Below are positions 27,109 to 36,566 of a stretch of 64,000 nt of DNA, piece after piece. This DNA comes from Flavobacteriales bacterium. Its GTDB lineage: Bacteria; Bacteroidota; Bacteroidia; Flavobacteriales_D; Parvicellaceae. The stretch is taken from contig JAYNHP010000002.1 of NCBI GenBank assembly GCA_038108155.1, positions 1,067-65,066 of the forward strand, read 5' to 3'. The translations under genes were made by a program, and so were the position numbers. The notes below the pieces were generated by a model. The model did not search any database. It saw only the letters and a program-made list of their open reading frames with translations, and had not been told where the DNA came from. Positions within the stretch are counted from its first letter, which is position 1; each line of letters starts with the position of its first letter.

Positions 27109-30100
27109 GGCTTTATAGTTTTTTTAATCGTGAAGGGATTTAAACTCTTTAGATTAAATATGAAATTTATTCTTTGCAATACTTTAAAATCGTTCAATGT
27201 CTCTCCAATATTATCAGAATACAATATAGGAAGATAAATTCCTATAATTTCTTCATTTACAAAGACACTGGCATATATTCCAGCATTGTATTCCCATTTA
27301 ACTTTATTTTCACCTGAACTAGAGCTGAAAACTCCAAAATCAGCAAATACACCAATAGGAAGTTTTGGAATATCAATTTTAAAATTATTAGAAATCATCC
27401 AGTTGTCACTTCTTAAAGTGGTATCCATTACCTTAAATCCACCATAAGAATTATCATTTTGTCTTGATAATAGATATTTTTGGTTTGAATAATTTCTCGC
27501 TAAATAAATATTGTCATATAAATAATCTGTTCGTCCATTTTTCCCACTAAGATAAAATGAATACTGTTTGGTAATGTCTTTATTGAAATGGTAGCCGGTA
27601 AAAAATCGCCATCTAATTTTGTCCGAGTTTTTGTTGTAAGATTTTTCTATTTTAGAGGTTAATTGTAAACAATTTACTAGGTTGCTTTTCTCATTAAAGC
27701 CATATATATAGTTTAATTTTAGTTCTTTAGGTTTTAGGATTTGTCTACTTTTTAAATTGTATTCTATTTCACCATAATAAGCGGTCTTTCTCCTTGGTGT
27801 TACTGGCCATATTAATATAACATCAGGTTCAAAGTCATCTACTTTTATAGCTCTTAATTTCAAATTTTGAAATGGGGAGCTTCTTAAGTTTTTTGATTTA
27901 AATCTCAAGTCTGTAAATATTTCTTGTTTGGTCCATCTTTGTTCTTTATATAAATTATCATGTTCGTTATGATAACTTCTAATTTTATAGCCTAGTTCAA
28001 TTCTTGGGAAAAGTCCATTTGTATTGATATTGGTTTGAATTTTTCCTGATCCAATCAATTTCTTAGAACCAAAACCATAAAGAGGATTTACCAACCATTC
28101 TACTTTTTTATCGTTTATGCTAGAATTATAAAGTGCTAGTCCAGCCATTGTTTTATCATAAGCATTTCCAGCTATAACAGGGGAGTAGTAAATTATATTT
28201 TCTTTATTATTATTGATACTTATTGGCAGAAAATTGAATTTTATTGGTTTGTAAAATTTAAATAAGCCATTTGATTTTGCTATATGATTTTTATAATTAT
28301 AATCTGTGGTTATCACATCATAATCTAAAGCAATTCTTGATGGATTTCCCCTTGTTTTATATACAAACGTTGTGTCTTTTTTAAATCCTTTAATCCATTT
28401 TTCATATATTATTTCGTTAGAATCATTAATCATCTGAACTGGAATAGGAGATTTAAAGCCTGTCAGATTTTTTAATTTAATTAAATATTCTTGGTCATTT
28501 ATTTTTGATATCTTTTTTAAACAATAGTCTGTTTTTTTGGTGGTTTTTATGTAATCTTCAAAAAACCAATCCAAATTTTCTCCACAAACAGTTTCAAATA
28601 CTATTTTAATATCATCCGGATATGGATGTTTAAATTTCCATTGGTTGAAATATTCGTTCATACAATTGTCAAAAAGCTCTTCTCCTAGGTATGCTTTTAA
28701 GTAATGAAATCCAATGCCAGTTTTTGAGTAGACCATCGCTCCATAATTCATTTGGGTAAAATCCTTAGATCCCATTACAAGGGGTTGGTCGTAATTCCTA
28801 GAGGCATTAAATTGATAGGCAATATGTTGCAATTCTTTATCTTCCAATGATATGTTTAATGATATCCCTCTTGATTTATTTTCAGTGGTGTCTTTTTTTC
28901 TAAAATATCCATTTGGATATTTTTCTTCCATGTATCTTATTTCAATATATGTATTGAGGCCTTCATCCATCCAAGCATTGTCTCTCTCATTACTTCCTAG
29001 AATACCATAATACCAGTTGTGTCCAACTTCATGAACAATTACTGTTTCTAGCGATTTACTGTCTCCAGAACGACCTATTACTGTGATATTTGGATATTCC
29101 ATCCCACCTCCTGCACTAATAGTTCCATCGACAGCTGTTACATGGTTGTATGGATATTCTCCAACCCATTTTGAGAAATATCGAGTTGCATCGTTGATAT
29201 ATTCTATAGATCTTGCCCATAGCTTAGCTTCGTTATTAGTGAATAATGCCCAAGATGTTATTTTTCTATTATTTAAATCTACTTCCCCCTTTAATACATG
29301 ATACCTTTTGTCTGTGAACCATGCAAAATCATGAACATTCTTTTGAATGAATCTTAATGTTTTTTTCTCTGTGCTACTCTTTGGAAAACTCATATCTTTT
29401 CTACCAAAAGAATCTCTTACTGGAAGTTTATTTTCTTTAATAAGTTGAGATGTTAGTTTTGCTTTTTTGTTAAGAAAATCAAGTTCTTCTGCGTTTTGTA
29501 AATCTCCTGTTGCCATAAGTATGTAATTTTTTGGAATCGTAATACTTACATCGTAATTCCCAAATTCAGAGTAAAATTCTCCTTGATCTAAATACGACAT
29601 TGGATGCCATCCATTTTTATCAAATACTGCTGGTTTGGCAAACCACTGAGTAATTTGATAGGATTGACCAATATGTCCAAGTCTTGAAAATTTACCTGAA
29701 GGAATCTTAACTCTAAATGGAGTTGTTATAACGATTGAATCTCCTGGATTTAAAGGTTTTTTAAGATAAATTTCAGAAATATCTATTTTTTTATTTAAAA
29801 ATTCCCACTCTACTTTATAGCCATTTACTTTAAAATCAAGTGAGTCTATATAGCCTAAATCTATTGAGTCTGCATATTTAAATGAAGTACTACCATCAGA
29901 ATATTTTTGTTTTGCTAGGTTTGTGTTATTATTCTTGTAAGCATTTGGCCAAAGATGAATAATAATCTTATTTAAATCTGAGGGTGAGTTATTATGATAT
30001 ACTATTTTTTCAAACCCCCTTAAAATATGGTTTTTATCATCCAATTCAACGTCTATATAAGTATCTACTTTTTGTTGGAAGTAATCTTGACTATTATAAA

Positions 30101-30146
30101 TAAGTACAATAAAACAGGAAGTTATTGTTATGAATAGACGCTTCAT
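27105..30146 (-). CDS. M1 family (gluzincin) metallopeptidase, exported
   Basis: Signal peptide and the zinc motif VIVHEVGHNWYY...NAWMDEGLNTY (HExxH + E). 1013 aa with a long C-terminal extension. Confidence 0.85.
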   Translation of the reverse strand: MKRLFITITSCFIVLIYNSQDYFQQKVDTYIDVELDDKNHILRGFEKIVYHNNSPSDLNKIIIHLWPNAYKNNNTNLAKQKYSDGSTSFKYADSIDLGYIDSLDFKVNGYKVEWEFLNKKIDISEIYLKKPLNPGDSIVITTPFRVKIPSGKFSRLGHIGQSYQITQWFAKPAVFDKNGWHPMSYLDQGEFYSEFGNYDVSITIPKNYILMATGDLQNAEELDFLNKKAKLTSQLIKENKLPVRDSFGRKDMSFPKSSTEKKTLRFIQKNVHDFAWFTDKRYHVLKGEVDLNNRKITSWALFTNNEAKLWARSIEYINDATRYFSKWVGEYPYNHVTAVDGTISAGGGMEYPNITVIGRSGDSKSLETVIVHEVGHNWYYGILGSNERDNAWMDEGLNTYIEIRYMEEKYPNGYFRKKDTTENKSRGISLNISLEDKELQHIAYQFNASRNYDQPLVMGSKDFTQMNYGAMVYSKTGIGFHYLKAYLGEELFDNCMNEYFNQWKFKHPYPDDIKIVFETVCGENLDWFFEDYIKTTKKTDYCLKKISKINDQEYLIKLKNLTGFKSPIPVQMINDSNEIIYEKWIKGFKKDTTFVYKTRGNPSRIALDYDVITTDYNYKNHIAKSNGLFKFYKPIKFNFLPISINNNKENIIYYSPVIAGNAYDKTMAGLALYNSSINDKKVEWLVNPLYGFGSKKLIGSGKIQTNINTNGLFPRIELGYKIRSYHNEHDNLYKEQRWTKQEIFTDLRFKSKNLRSSPFQNLKLRAIKVDDFEPDVILIWPVTPRRKTAYYGEIEYNLKSRQILKPKELKLNYIYGFNEKSNLVNCLQLTSKIEKSYNKNSDKIRWRFFTGYHFNKDITKQYSFYLSGKNGRTDYLYDNIYLARNYSNQKYLLSRQNDNSYGGFKVMDTTLRSDNWMISNNFKIDIPKLPIGVFADFGVFSSSSGENKVKWEYNAGIYASVFVNEEIIGIYLPILYSDNIGETLNDFKVLQRINFIFNLKSLNPFTIKKTIKP

Positions 30147-30155
30147 TGTTAAAAA

Positions 30156-31298
30156 TTACAGTATTTCAGAAAGTTTTTTTTCTAAATCAGTTCCTCTTAA
30201 ATCATAGGCTATTATCTTTCCATTTGCATCAATTAAAAATGTTTTAGGAATACTTGAGACGCCATATTTATTTCCAGCTGAAGATTTCCAGCCGGTTAGC
30301 TCACTGACATGGTTCGACCAGGTCAATTGGTCCTGAGTTATTGCAGCCATCCATTTGTCTTTGTTTTGGTCTAGAGATACACTGTAGACTGTAAACCCTC
30401 TGTCTTTGTACTTATTATAGAGTCTCACAACATTTGGATTTTCAGCCCTACAAGGTCTACACCACGAAGCCCAAAAGTCTAAAAGCACTACTTTACCTTT
30501 AAGCGAGCTTAAAGCTATCAACTTCCCATCGGGACTTTTAAGATTTATTTCAGGTGCAATTGCTCCAATATTTATTCCTAATTGTTCTCTTAAATTTTTC
30601 TCTTCGTTTACTCTATTTTTTTGTTGAAATAGATAATCCTCTTGTTGTTTCGCTTTTTCTATTATTTTGACTACCTCATTCAAATATTTTTGTTTTTCAA
30701 ATTTTTCTTGAACTACATTTTTAATTACTAATAACTCGTTCTTGAACTCCATTGGGTTTTGAATTTCACCAAGAAGCATTATTATACATGGTGAGTTTTT
30801 ATTCTCATTAATAAACTTTTTTAAATATGATTGATAGTTTGTCAGGATGCTATTTCTAGCTATTATTCTTTCTTCTTCGCTGGAAGTATTTATACTTTGT
30901 ATCTGACTAATAATATTATTTCTAAACTTAAAGTATTTTTGCAATAATACGTTGGTGGAATCACCTGTGACAACTAATTCATTATATTCTCCATTTGTAA
31001 AAAGAAATTTATTGCTTTCATTCGGGCTACCTATAAAAAGAACACTTTTTTCTGGTGAAGTACCAACTAAAAAAATATCCGATTTAAGCAAGCTAATGTT
31101 AAATTGATGAGTACCTTTATTAGATTTGGAGGAATCAATTTTTAAGGGGTTGTTTCGATCAATTTTATATAAATAAATATACTGATCGGTTTGTTGAATA
31201 AATTCTAAAAAATAATTATTATCATTATTTATAGATGCTTTTTCACCTTTGCAGCTTATTATAACTAAAATCAGTAAAATAGAAATAACTTTTTTCAT
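30156..31298 (-). CDS. TlpA-like thiol:disulfide oxidoreductase (thioredoxin fold) lipoprotein
   Basis: Lipobox (LVIISC) and a C-terminal thioredoxin domain with VLLDFWASWCRPCRAENP. Confidence 0.85.
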   Translation of the reverse strand: MKKVISILLILVIISCKGEKASINNDNNYFLEFIQQTDQYIYLYKIDRNNPLKIDSSKSNKGTHQFNISLLKSDIFLVGTSPEKSVLFIGSPNESNKFLFTNGEYNELVVTGDSTNVLLQKYFKFRNNIISQIQSINTSSEEERIIARNSILTNYQSYLKKFINENKNSPCIIMLLGEIQNPMEFKNELLVIKNVVQEKFEKQKYLNEVVKIIEKAKQQEDYLFQQKNRVNEEKNLREQLGINIGAIAPEINLKSPDGKLIALSSLKGKVVLLDFWASWCRPCRAENPNVVRLYNKYKDRGFTVYSVSLDQNKDKWMAAITQDQLTWSNHVSELTGWKSSAGNKYGVSSIPKTFLIDANGKIIAYDLRGTDLEKKLSEIL

Positions 31299-31300
31299 TT

Positions 31301-32756
31301 TTAATTGATTAATTGGTTGAGTAATTGATTTATTTTTTTTGGATCTGCTGTTCCATTGGAGGCTTTCATTATTTGGCCAATGAAAAAACCAGTAAGTTTT
31401 TTTTCTCCATTTTTAAATCTTTCTTTTTCTTGTGGATTTTTATCCAGTATTTCTTTAATCAAGACTTCTAAATTACTTTCGTTTTGATGATTGATCCACT
31501 GGTTTTTTTCAGCTATTGAATTTATTTTTTCGTGGATATTTTAACATTTCTGGAAATAATTTTTGGCTAGCCAAGGAATGAGTAATTATTCCATCATCAA
31601 TCATATTTATAAGCATACCAATGCTTTCAGCCTTAATTGGAAAATTTGTTATTTCTATTGCCTTTTGATTTAAGTAGGATTTAATACTTCCCATTAGCCA
31701 ATTGGTTGCTCCTTTATAGTTTTTGGTGTATTCTAAAATACTTTCGTAATAAAAGGCAATTTCTTTTTGCTCAATGATTACTAAGGCATCGTAATTAGAC
31801 AGTCCATATTTGGTAGTAAATTTTTCAAATAAATCATTTGGAAGATTAGGCATAGATGATTTAATATCCATGAGTAATTTTTCTTCAATTTTTACTGGGC
31901 TCAAATCTGGTTCTGGAAAATATCTATAATCGTGTGCAGCTTCTTTCTTTCGCATAGCACTTGTTTTACCACTAGGTGCATCAAAAGTTCTAGTTTCTAC
32001 ATTAACTTTTTTATTATCATCTAATAATTTTGCCTGTCTAACAATTTCATAATCAATAGATCTTTGAACATTTCTAATGGAATTTAGATTTTTAATCTCT
32101 ACTCGATCTCCAAATTGGTTTTTTCCAATGGGCATGATTGAAATATTAACGTCACATCTCATACTCCCTTCTTCCATATTACCATCACATATATCTAAAT
32201 ACCTGAGAAGTTTTCTTATTTCAGAAACATATTGATAGGCTTCATTAGAAGTTTTAATTACTGGTTCAGTGACTATTTCCAAAAGTGGAACTCCTGCTCT
32301 ATTTAAATCAATAAGGGTGTTAAATGGGTCTAAATCGTGAATGCTTTTTCCAGAATCTTCCTCCATATGGATTCTAGTTAATTTAATATACTTGGTTTTG
32401 TTATTTTCTAACCTAATTAAAATTTTACCATTTTTACAAATTGGTTTTTTATCTTGAGTTATTTGATATCCCTTAGGTAAATCTGCATAGAAATAATTTT
32501 TTCTATCAAAATGCATTTCTCTGGTAATATCACAATCTAAAGCTAAGCCTAATTTTACAGCGTGATTTAATATTTCTTTATTAAATTTTGGTAATGTTCC
32601 TGGGTGACCTAACGATACTGGTGAAGTAAGGGTGTTAGGAGAGGCTCCGAATTCATTTTTATCGCCACAATATGCTTTTGAATTGGTTTTAAGCTGAGCA
32701 TGAATTTCAATTCCTATAACAGGTTCGTATTTTGATAGTGCATTTTCTAGCTCCAT
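31301..32756 (-). CDS. gatB: Asp-tRNA(Asn)/Glu-tRNA(Gln) amidotransferase subunit B, interrupted by a +1 frameshift
   Basis: The 415-aa ORF (31509..32756) is the GatB core (VIGIEIHAQL, MEEGSMRCDVNIS). The GatB/YqeY C-terminal tail (KINSIAEKNQW...FFIGQIMKASNGTADPKKINQLL) continues in the +1 frame to the TAA at 31301. The frames switch at the A6 run (T6 on the plus strand, 31525..31530). Confidence 0.9.
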
Positions 32757-32758
32757 TT

Positions 32759-33571
32759 CTAAATTGATTCTAAGAGTTTTTTTATAAGCTTTGTCAAGTT
32801 TTGTTCTGATTTAGAAGCAACATTTTGAACATCTTGGTGGGTTACTTTTACAATTTTTCCTGGAACTCCTAAATCGGTTATTATAGATAATCCAAAACAC
32901 GGTATTTGCATATGTCTAGCTGCTATAACTTCCGGAACAGTACTCATTCCAACTGCATCAGCACCTATTTTTCTAATGTAGGAGTATTCTGCTGGTGTCT
33001 CTAGCGTAGGTCCAGTCAGGCCTGCATAAATTCCATTTACAGTTTTAATATTCAAATATTTAGAAAGTGATTGGGCTAGGGCAATGAGACTTTGGTCGTA
33101 TGCATCGCTCATGTCTGGAAATCTAGTTCCTAGTTCTTCAATATTCGGTCCAATCAAAGGGTTGGTTGGAAAAAGATTTATATGGTCATTTATTATCATA
33201 ATATCTCCAATTTCAAAATTGGGATTAACACCTCCAGAGGCATTGCTTACAATTAATTTATTGATGCCCAAAAATTTCATTACTCTTATTGGAAATACAA
33301 TTTGACTCATTGTATAGCCCTCATAAAAATGAAATCTACCTTGCATTGCAATTACTTTTTTATTCCCTAATAAACCAAATATTAATTTCCCTTGGTGTCC
33401 TTCTACTGTAGAAACAGGAAAGTTGGGAATATCTTTGTAAGAGATGGATTTTTCTGTTTTAATTTCATCAACTAAACCTCCAAGCCCTGTACCTAAAATA
33501 ATGCCAATTTCAGGTTCAAAGTCAGTTACTTTTTTTAAATACTCAATGCTGTCATGAATGAGATTTAACAT
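32759..33571 (-). CDS. purine nucleoside phosphorylase (trimeric PNP type)
   Basis: Motifs GIILGTGLGGL, MQGRFHFYEGY, SNASGG and DAVGMSTVPEVIAARH. Confidence 0.9.
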   Translation of the reverse strand: MLNLIHDSIEYLKKVTDFEPEIGIILGTGLGGLVDEIKTEKSISYKDIPNFPVSTVEGHQGKLIFGLLGNKKVIAMQGRFHFYEGYTMSQIVFPIRVMKFLGINKLIVSNASGGVNPNFEIGDIMIINDHINLFPTNPLIGPNIEELGTRFPDMSDAYDQSLIALAQSLSKYLNIKTVNGIYAGLTGPTLETPAEYSYIRKIGADAVGMSTVPEVIAARHMQIPCFGLSIITDLGVPGKIVKVTHQDVQNVASKSEQNLTKLIKKLLESI

Positions 33572-34583
33572 ATTTCAAAATTTTTTCTTCAAATTTATCT
33601 TTATTCCTTATAAAATCAATACTAACTTTCAAATAGTATACAGGAAACTTCGATAATTCTTCAAATACCTTCATTTTCTGAGCATCTTTCTCTGTTGTCA
33701 ATATTATTATTTCGCTGATTTCTCTTTTATAAATATCAATAATTTTATTTATATCCTTTTTTTGATAATGAAAGTGGTCTTTATATTTAATATGTTTAAT
33801 TTGAATATTTAACTTTTCTAAATATTCAATAATTGGACTAGAATTTGCAATTCCAGTAACCAACAATACCTTCTTTATGGATGATTTTTTAATGGTTTTA
33901 TTTCCATTTAAAGAAACAATTTTATCATAAACTACTTTACTAAAAAAAACCTCTTTTGTGAATTTTAGTTTTTTCTTTATTCTATTAGATTCTTCCAAGG
34001 TTAAATTTTCAGGACACTTAGAAATTACTAAACAATCTGCTCTTTTGATTCCTTTCTTAGATTCTCTAAGAAGGCCAACTGGCATCATATAATCTTTATA
34101 AATAGGGTTGTTGTAGTCACAAAGTAAAATATTAAATCCAATTTTAACAGATCTATGTTGAAATGCATCGTCAAGAATAATACAGTTTACTTCAGGATGC
34201 TCCTTAATGATTTTATTTACCCCATTTACTCTTTTATGGTCTACTGCAACAATTTCTTTTGGTAAATTTTTTTTCATTTGAAGAGGTTCGTCTCCAACTT
34301 CGTTACAATTGCTATTTATGTTTACATATTTAAATTCTTTTGTTTTTCTTCCATATCCTTTGGATAAAATAGCAATCTTAAATTTTTTTTGTAATAATTC
34401 AGAAATATATTGTGAATGAGGTGTTTTTCCAGTTCCTCCAACTGTTATATTTCCAACTCCAATAATGGGAATATTAAATTTATTCTCTTTGAATATACCA
34501 ATATCAAAAAAAATGTTTCTAATACTAGTAATTATCCAATACACCAATGATATTGGAAATAATATCCAATTGTACCATTTCAT
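33552..34583 (-). CDS. lpxK: tetraacyldisaccharide 4'-kinase
   Basis: P-loop VGNITVGGTGKTP after an N-terminal membrane helix. By comparison with typical LpxK N-termini I prefer the start at Met10 (34583). The ORF is open to 34610. Confidence 0.88.
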   Translation of the reverse strand: MKWYNWILFPISLVYWIITSIRNIFFDIGIFKENKFNIPIIGVGNITVGGTGKTPHSQYISELLQKKFKIAILSKGYGRKTKEFKYVNINSNCNEVGDEPLQMKKNLPKEIVAVDHKRVNGVNKIIKEHPEVNCIILDDAFQHRSVKIGFNILLCDYNNPIYKDYMMPVGLLRESKKGIKRADCLVISKCPENLTLEESNRIKKKLKFTKEVFFSKVVYDKIVSLNGNKTIKKSSIKKVLLVTGIANSSPIIEYLEKLNIQIKHIKYKDHFHYQKKDINKIIDIYKREISEIIILTTEKDAQKMKVFEELSKFPVYYLKVSIDFIRNKDKFEEKILKYVKSHS

Positions 34584-34588
34584 TGTTT

Positions 34589-34596
34589 TATATTTG
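34589..34596 (+). promoter_or_regulatory. putative -7 promoter box (TATATTTG) for the Nif3-like operon
   Basis: Matches TAnnTTTG and lies 17 nt upstream of the ATG at 34614, inside the 30-nt (or 3-nt) divergent gap with lpxK. Confidence 0.35.
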
Positions 34597-34613
34597 AATT
34601 CATTTTTCAAATT

Positions 34614-35702
34614 ATGATAGTCAAAGATGTAACAAAATATTTAGAAAAAATAGCTCCTTTGCATTTACAAGAGAGTTACGACAATTCTGGACTCCAAGTT
34701 GGGGATTACAAAAGTGAAGTTAAAGGGATATTGGTATCTTTAGATGTAACCCTGGAAGTTATTGACGATGCTATCAATCAACAATGTAATCTGATAGTAG
34801 CTCATCATCCGATTATTTTTGGAGAAATTAAAAATGTAACTAAAAGCTCATTAACCGGCTCTATTGTTTTTAAAGCAATTAAGAACAACATCAACATTTA
34901 TGCTATCCACACTAACTTGGATAATGTTCCAAATGGAGTAAATTCTAAAATTGCTGAGGTTATTGGTCTAAAAAGAAAAAAAATTCTTTTGCCAAAGCAA
35001 AATCTTTTAAAATTGGTAGTTTTTGTTCCAGAATCTCATTCAGAAAAAGTTTCTCAAGCTCTTTTTAGATCAGGAGCAGGAAATATAGGTAATTATAAGA
35101 ATTGTATTTTTTCTTCAACTGGAGAAGGAAGTTTTCTTCCTAAATCAGGTTCAAACCCTTATATGGGAAAAAAAGGTAAGTTAGAAAAAGTAAAAGAAGA
35201 AAAATTAGAGGTTATTTTCCCAGATTATCTTCTTTCTAACATAATTCAATCTATGAATAGCGCTCATCCTTATGAAGAAGTTGCTTACGATATTTTTAAA
35301 CTTCTAAATAATTCAAACACAGGCTCAGGTATGTTAGGTGAATTAGAAAAGCCTACAGATGAGCTAGAATTTTTAAACTTAATTAAGAAAAAGTTTCATG
35401 CAGCAGGTCTTAGACATACTAAATTGATTAATAGACCTATTAAAAAGGTTGCTATTTGCGGAGGTTCTGGAAGTTTTTTATTGAAAAATGCTATGCTAGA
35501 AAATGCAGATATTTTCATAACTTCTGATTATAAATACCATCAGTTTTTTGAAGCTGAAAATAAAATTTTAATTGCCGATATTGGTCATTATGAGTCGGAA
35601 CAATTCACAATAGATTTAATAAGTGAATTTTTAATGAAAAAATTTACTAATTTTGCAATCCGTTTAACAACAGTTAATACTAATCCAATTAATTATTTAT
35701 AA
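34614..35702 (+). CDS. Nif3-like dinuclear metal centre protein (GTP cyclohydrolase 1 type 2 homologue)
   Basis: Motifs YDNSGLQVG, VAHHPIIF, IHTNLD, an inserted PII-like domain and a C-terminal GHYESE. Confidence 0.88.
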   Translation: MIVKDVTKYLEKIAPLHLQESYDNSGLQVGDYKSEVKGILVSLDVTLEVIDDAINQQCNLIVAHHPIIFGEIKNVTKSSLTGSIVFKAIKNNINIYAIHTNLDNVPNGVNSKIAEVIGLKRKKILLPKQNLLKLVVFVPESHSEKVSQALFRSGAGNIGNYKNCIFSSTGEGSFLPKSGSNPYMGKKGKLEKVKEEKLEVIFPDYLLSNIIQSMNSAHPYEEVAYDIFKLLNNSNTGSGMLGELEKPTDELEFLNLIKKKFHAAGLRHTKLINRPIKKVAICGGSGSFLLKNAMLENADIFITSDYKYHQFFEAENKILIADIGHYESEQFTIDLISEFLMKKFTNFAIRLTTVNTNPINYL

Positions 35703-35704
35703 AA

Positions 35705-36496
35705 ATGGCCAGAACAAAAAAATACACACCAGAAGAAACTTTAAGATCACTTTTTAATCTTCAATTCATTGATTCTAGAATAGACAATATGAGAGAGGTA
35801 AGAGGAGAATTACCTATGGAAGTTAAAGATTTAGAGGACGAAATGGTTGGTCTTAACAAAAGATTAGAAAAGGTTGAAGAAGAAATTGAAGGACTCAATC
35901 AATTAATTTTAGAAAAGAAAAATATTATTGAGGAATCTAAGTCTTCCATCAAAAAATACTTAGAGAAGCAGAAAAATGTCAGAAATAATCGAGAATTTGA
36001 TTCGTTAAGTAAAGAAATTGAGTATCAAGAGTTGGAAGCTCAATTAGCAGAAAAAAGAATAAAAGAAAATTCTGCTAGTATTGATGGTAAAAAAGAAATT
36101 TTAGAAGAAATTCAAAACCTTCACAAGGCAAAAGAAGAAGCTCTAGAAGCTAAGAAAAAGGAATTGAAAGAAATTATTTCAGAAACAGAAAGAGAAGAAA
36201 AGATATTAATGGAAGAATCTCTTAAGGCTTCTAAATCCATTGATGAAAGATTTTTAAAAGCATACAATAGGATAAGAGGAGCCTCAAAAAATGGTTTGGC
36301 TGTAGTTCCTGTAGAGAGAGGAGCCTCTGGAGGTTCTTTTATAAAAATACCACCTCAAGTTCAGCTTGACATAGCAGCTAGAAAGAGAATTATAGTTGAT
36401 GAACATAGTGGTAGAATCTTAGTAGATGCTTTACTCGCTGATGAGCAAAGCACAAAGATGAATAGAAAAATAAATAAAGTTTTAAGCGCCAAATAA
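35705..36496 (+). CDS. coiled-coil protein of the DUF164 / C4 zinc-ribbon family (cysteine-less variant)
   Basis: Long Glu/Lys-rich coiled coil followed by ..VPVERGASGGSFIKIPPQ......IIVDEHSGRILV, the zinc-ribbon module pattern with Cys replaced by Ser or Asp. It sits next to Nif3, which is the usual position for this family. Confidence 0.7.
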   Translation: MARTKKYTPEETLRSLFNLQFIDSRIDNMREVRGELPMEVKDLEDEMVGLNKRLEKVEEEIEGLNQLILEKKNIIEESKSSIKKYLEKQKNVRNNREFDSLSKEIEYQELEAQLAEKRIKENSASIDGKKEILEEIQNLHKAKEEALEAKKKELKEIISETEREEKILMEESLKASKSIDERFLKAYNRIRGASKNGLAVVPVERGASGGSFIKIPPQVQLDIAARKRIIVDEHSGRILVDALLADEQSTKMNRKINKVLSAK

Positions 36497-36566
36497 GGTA
36501 TTTATTTTCTATTCCTTCTCACATATCCCCTCAAATTGGTAATTTAGGCTGTCAAATATATATTAT

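Noticed and set aside
31509-31535. Programmed +1 frameshifting as the explanation for the gatB split.
   Set aside because: I saw no features of known +1 recoding sites, such as an in-frame stop or rare codon at the shift site with an upstream stimulatory Shine-Dalgarno-like element. A homopolymer length error or a genuine mutation is more parsimonious. I keep it only as a minor alternative in the finding.
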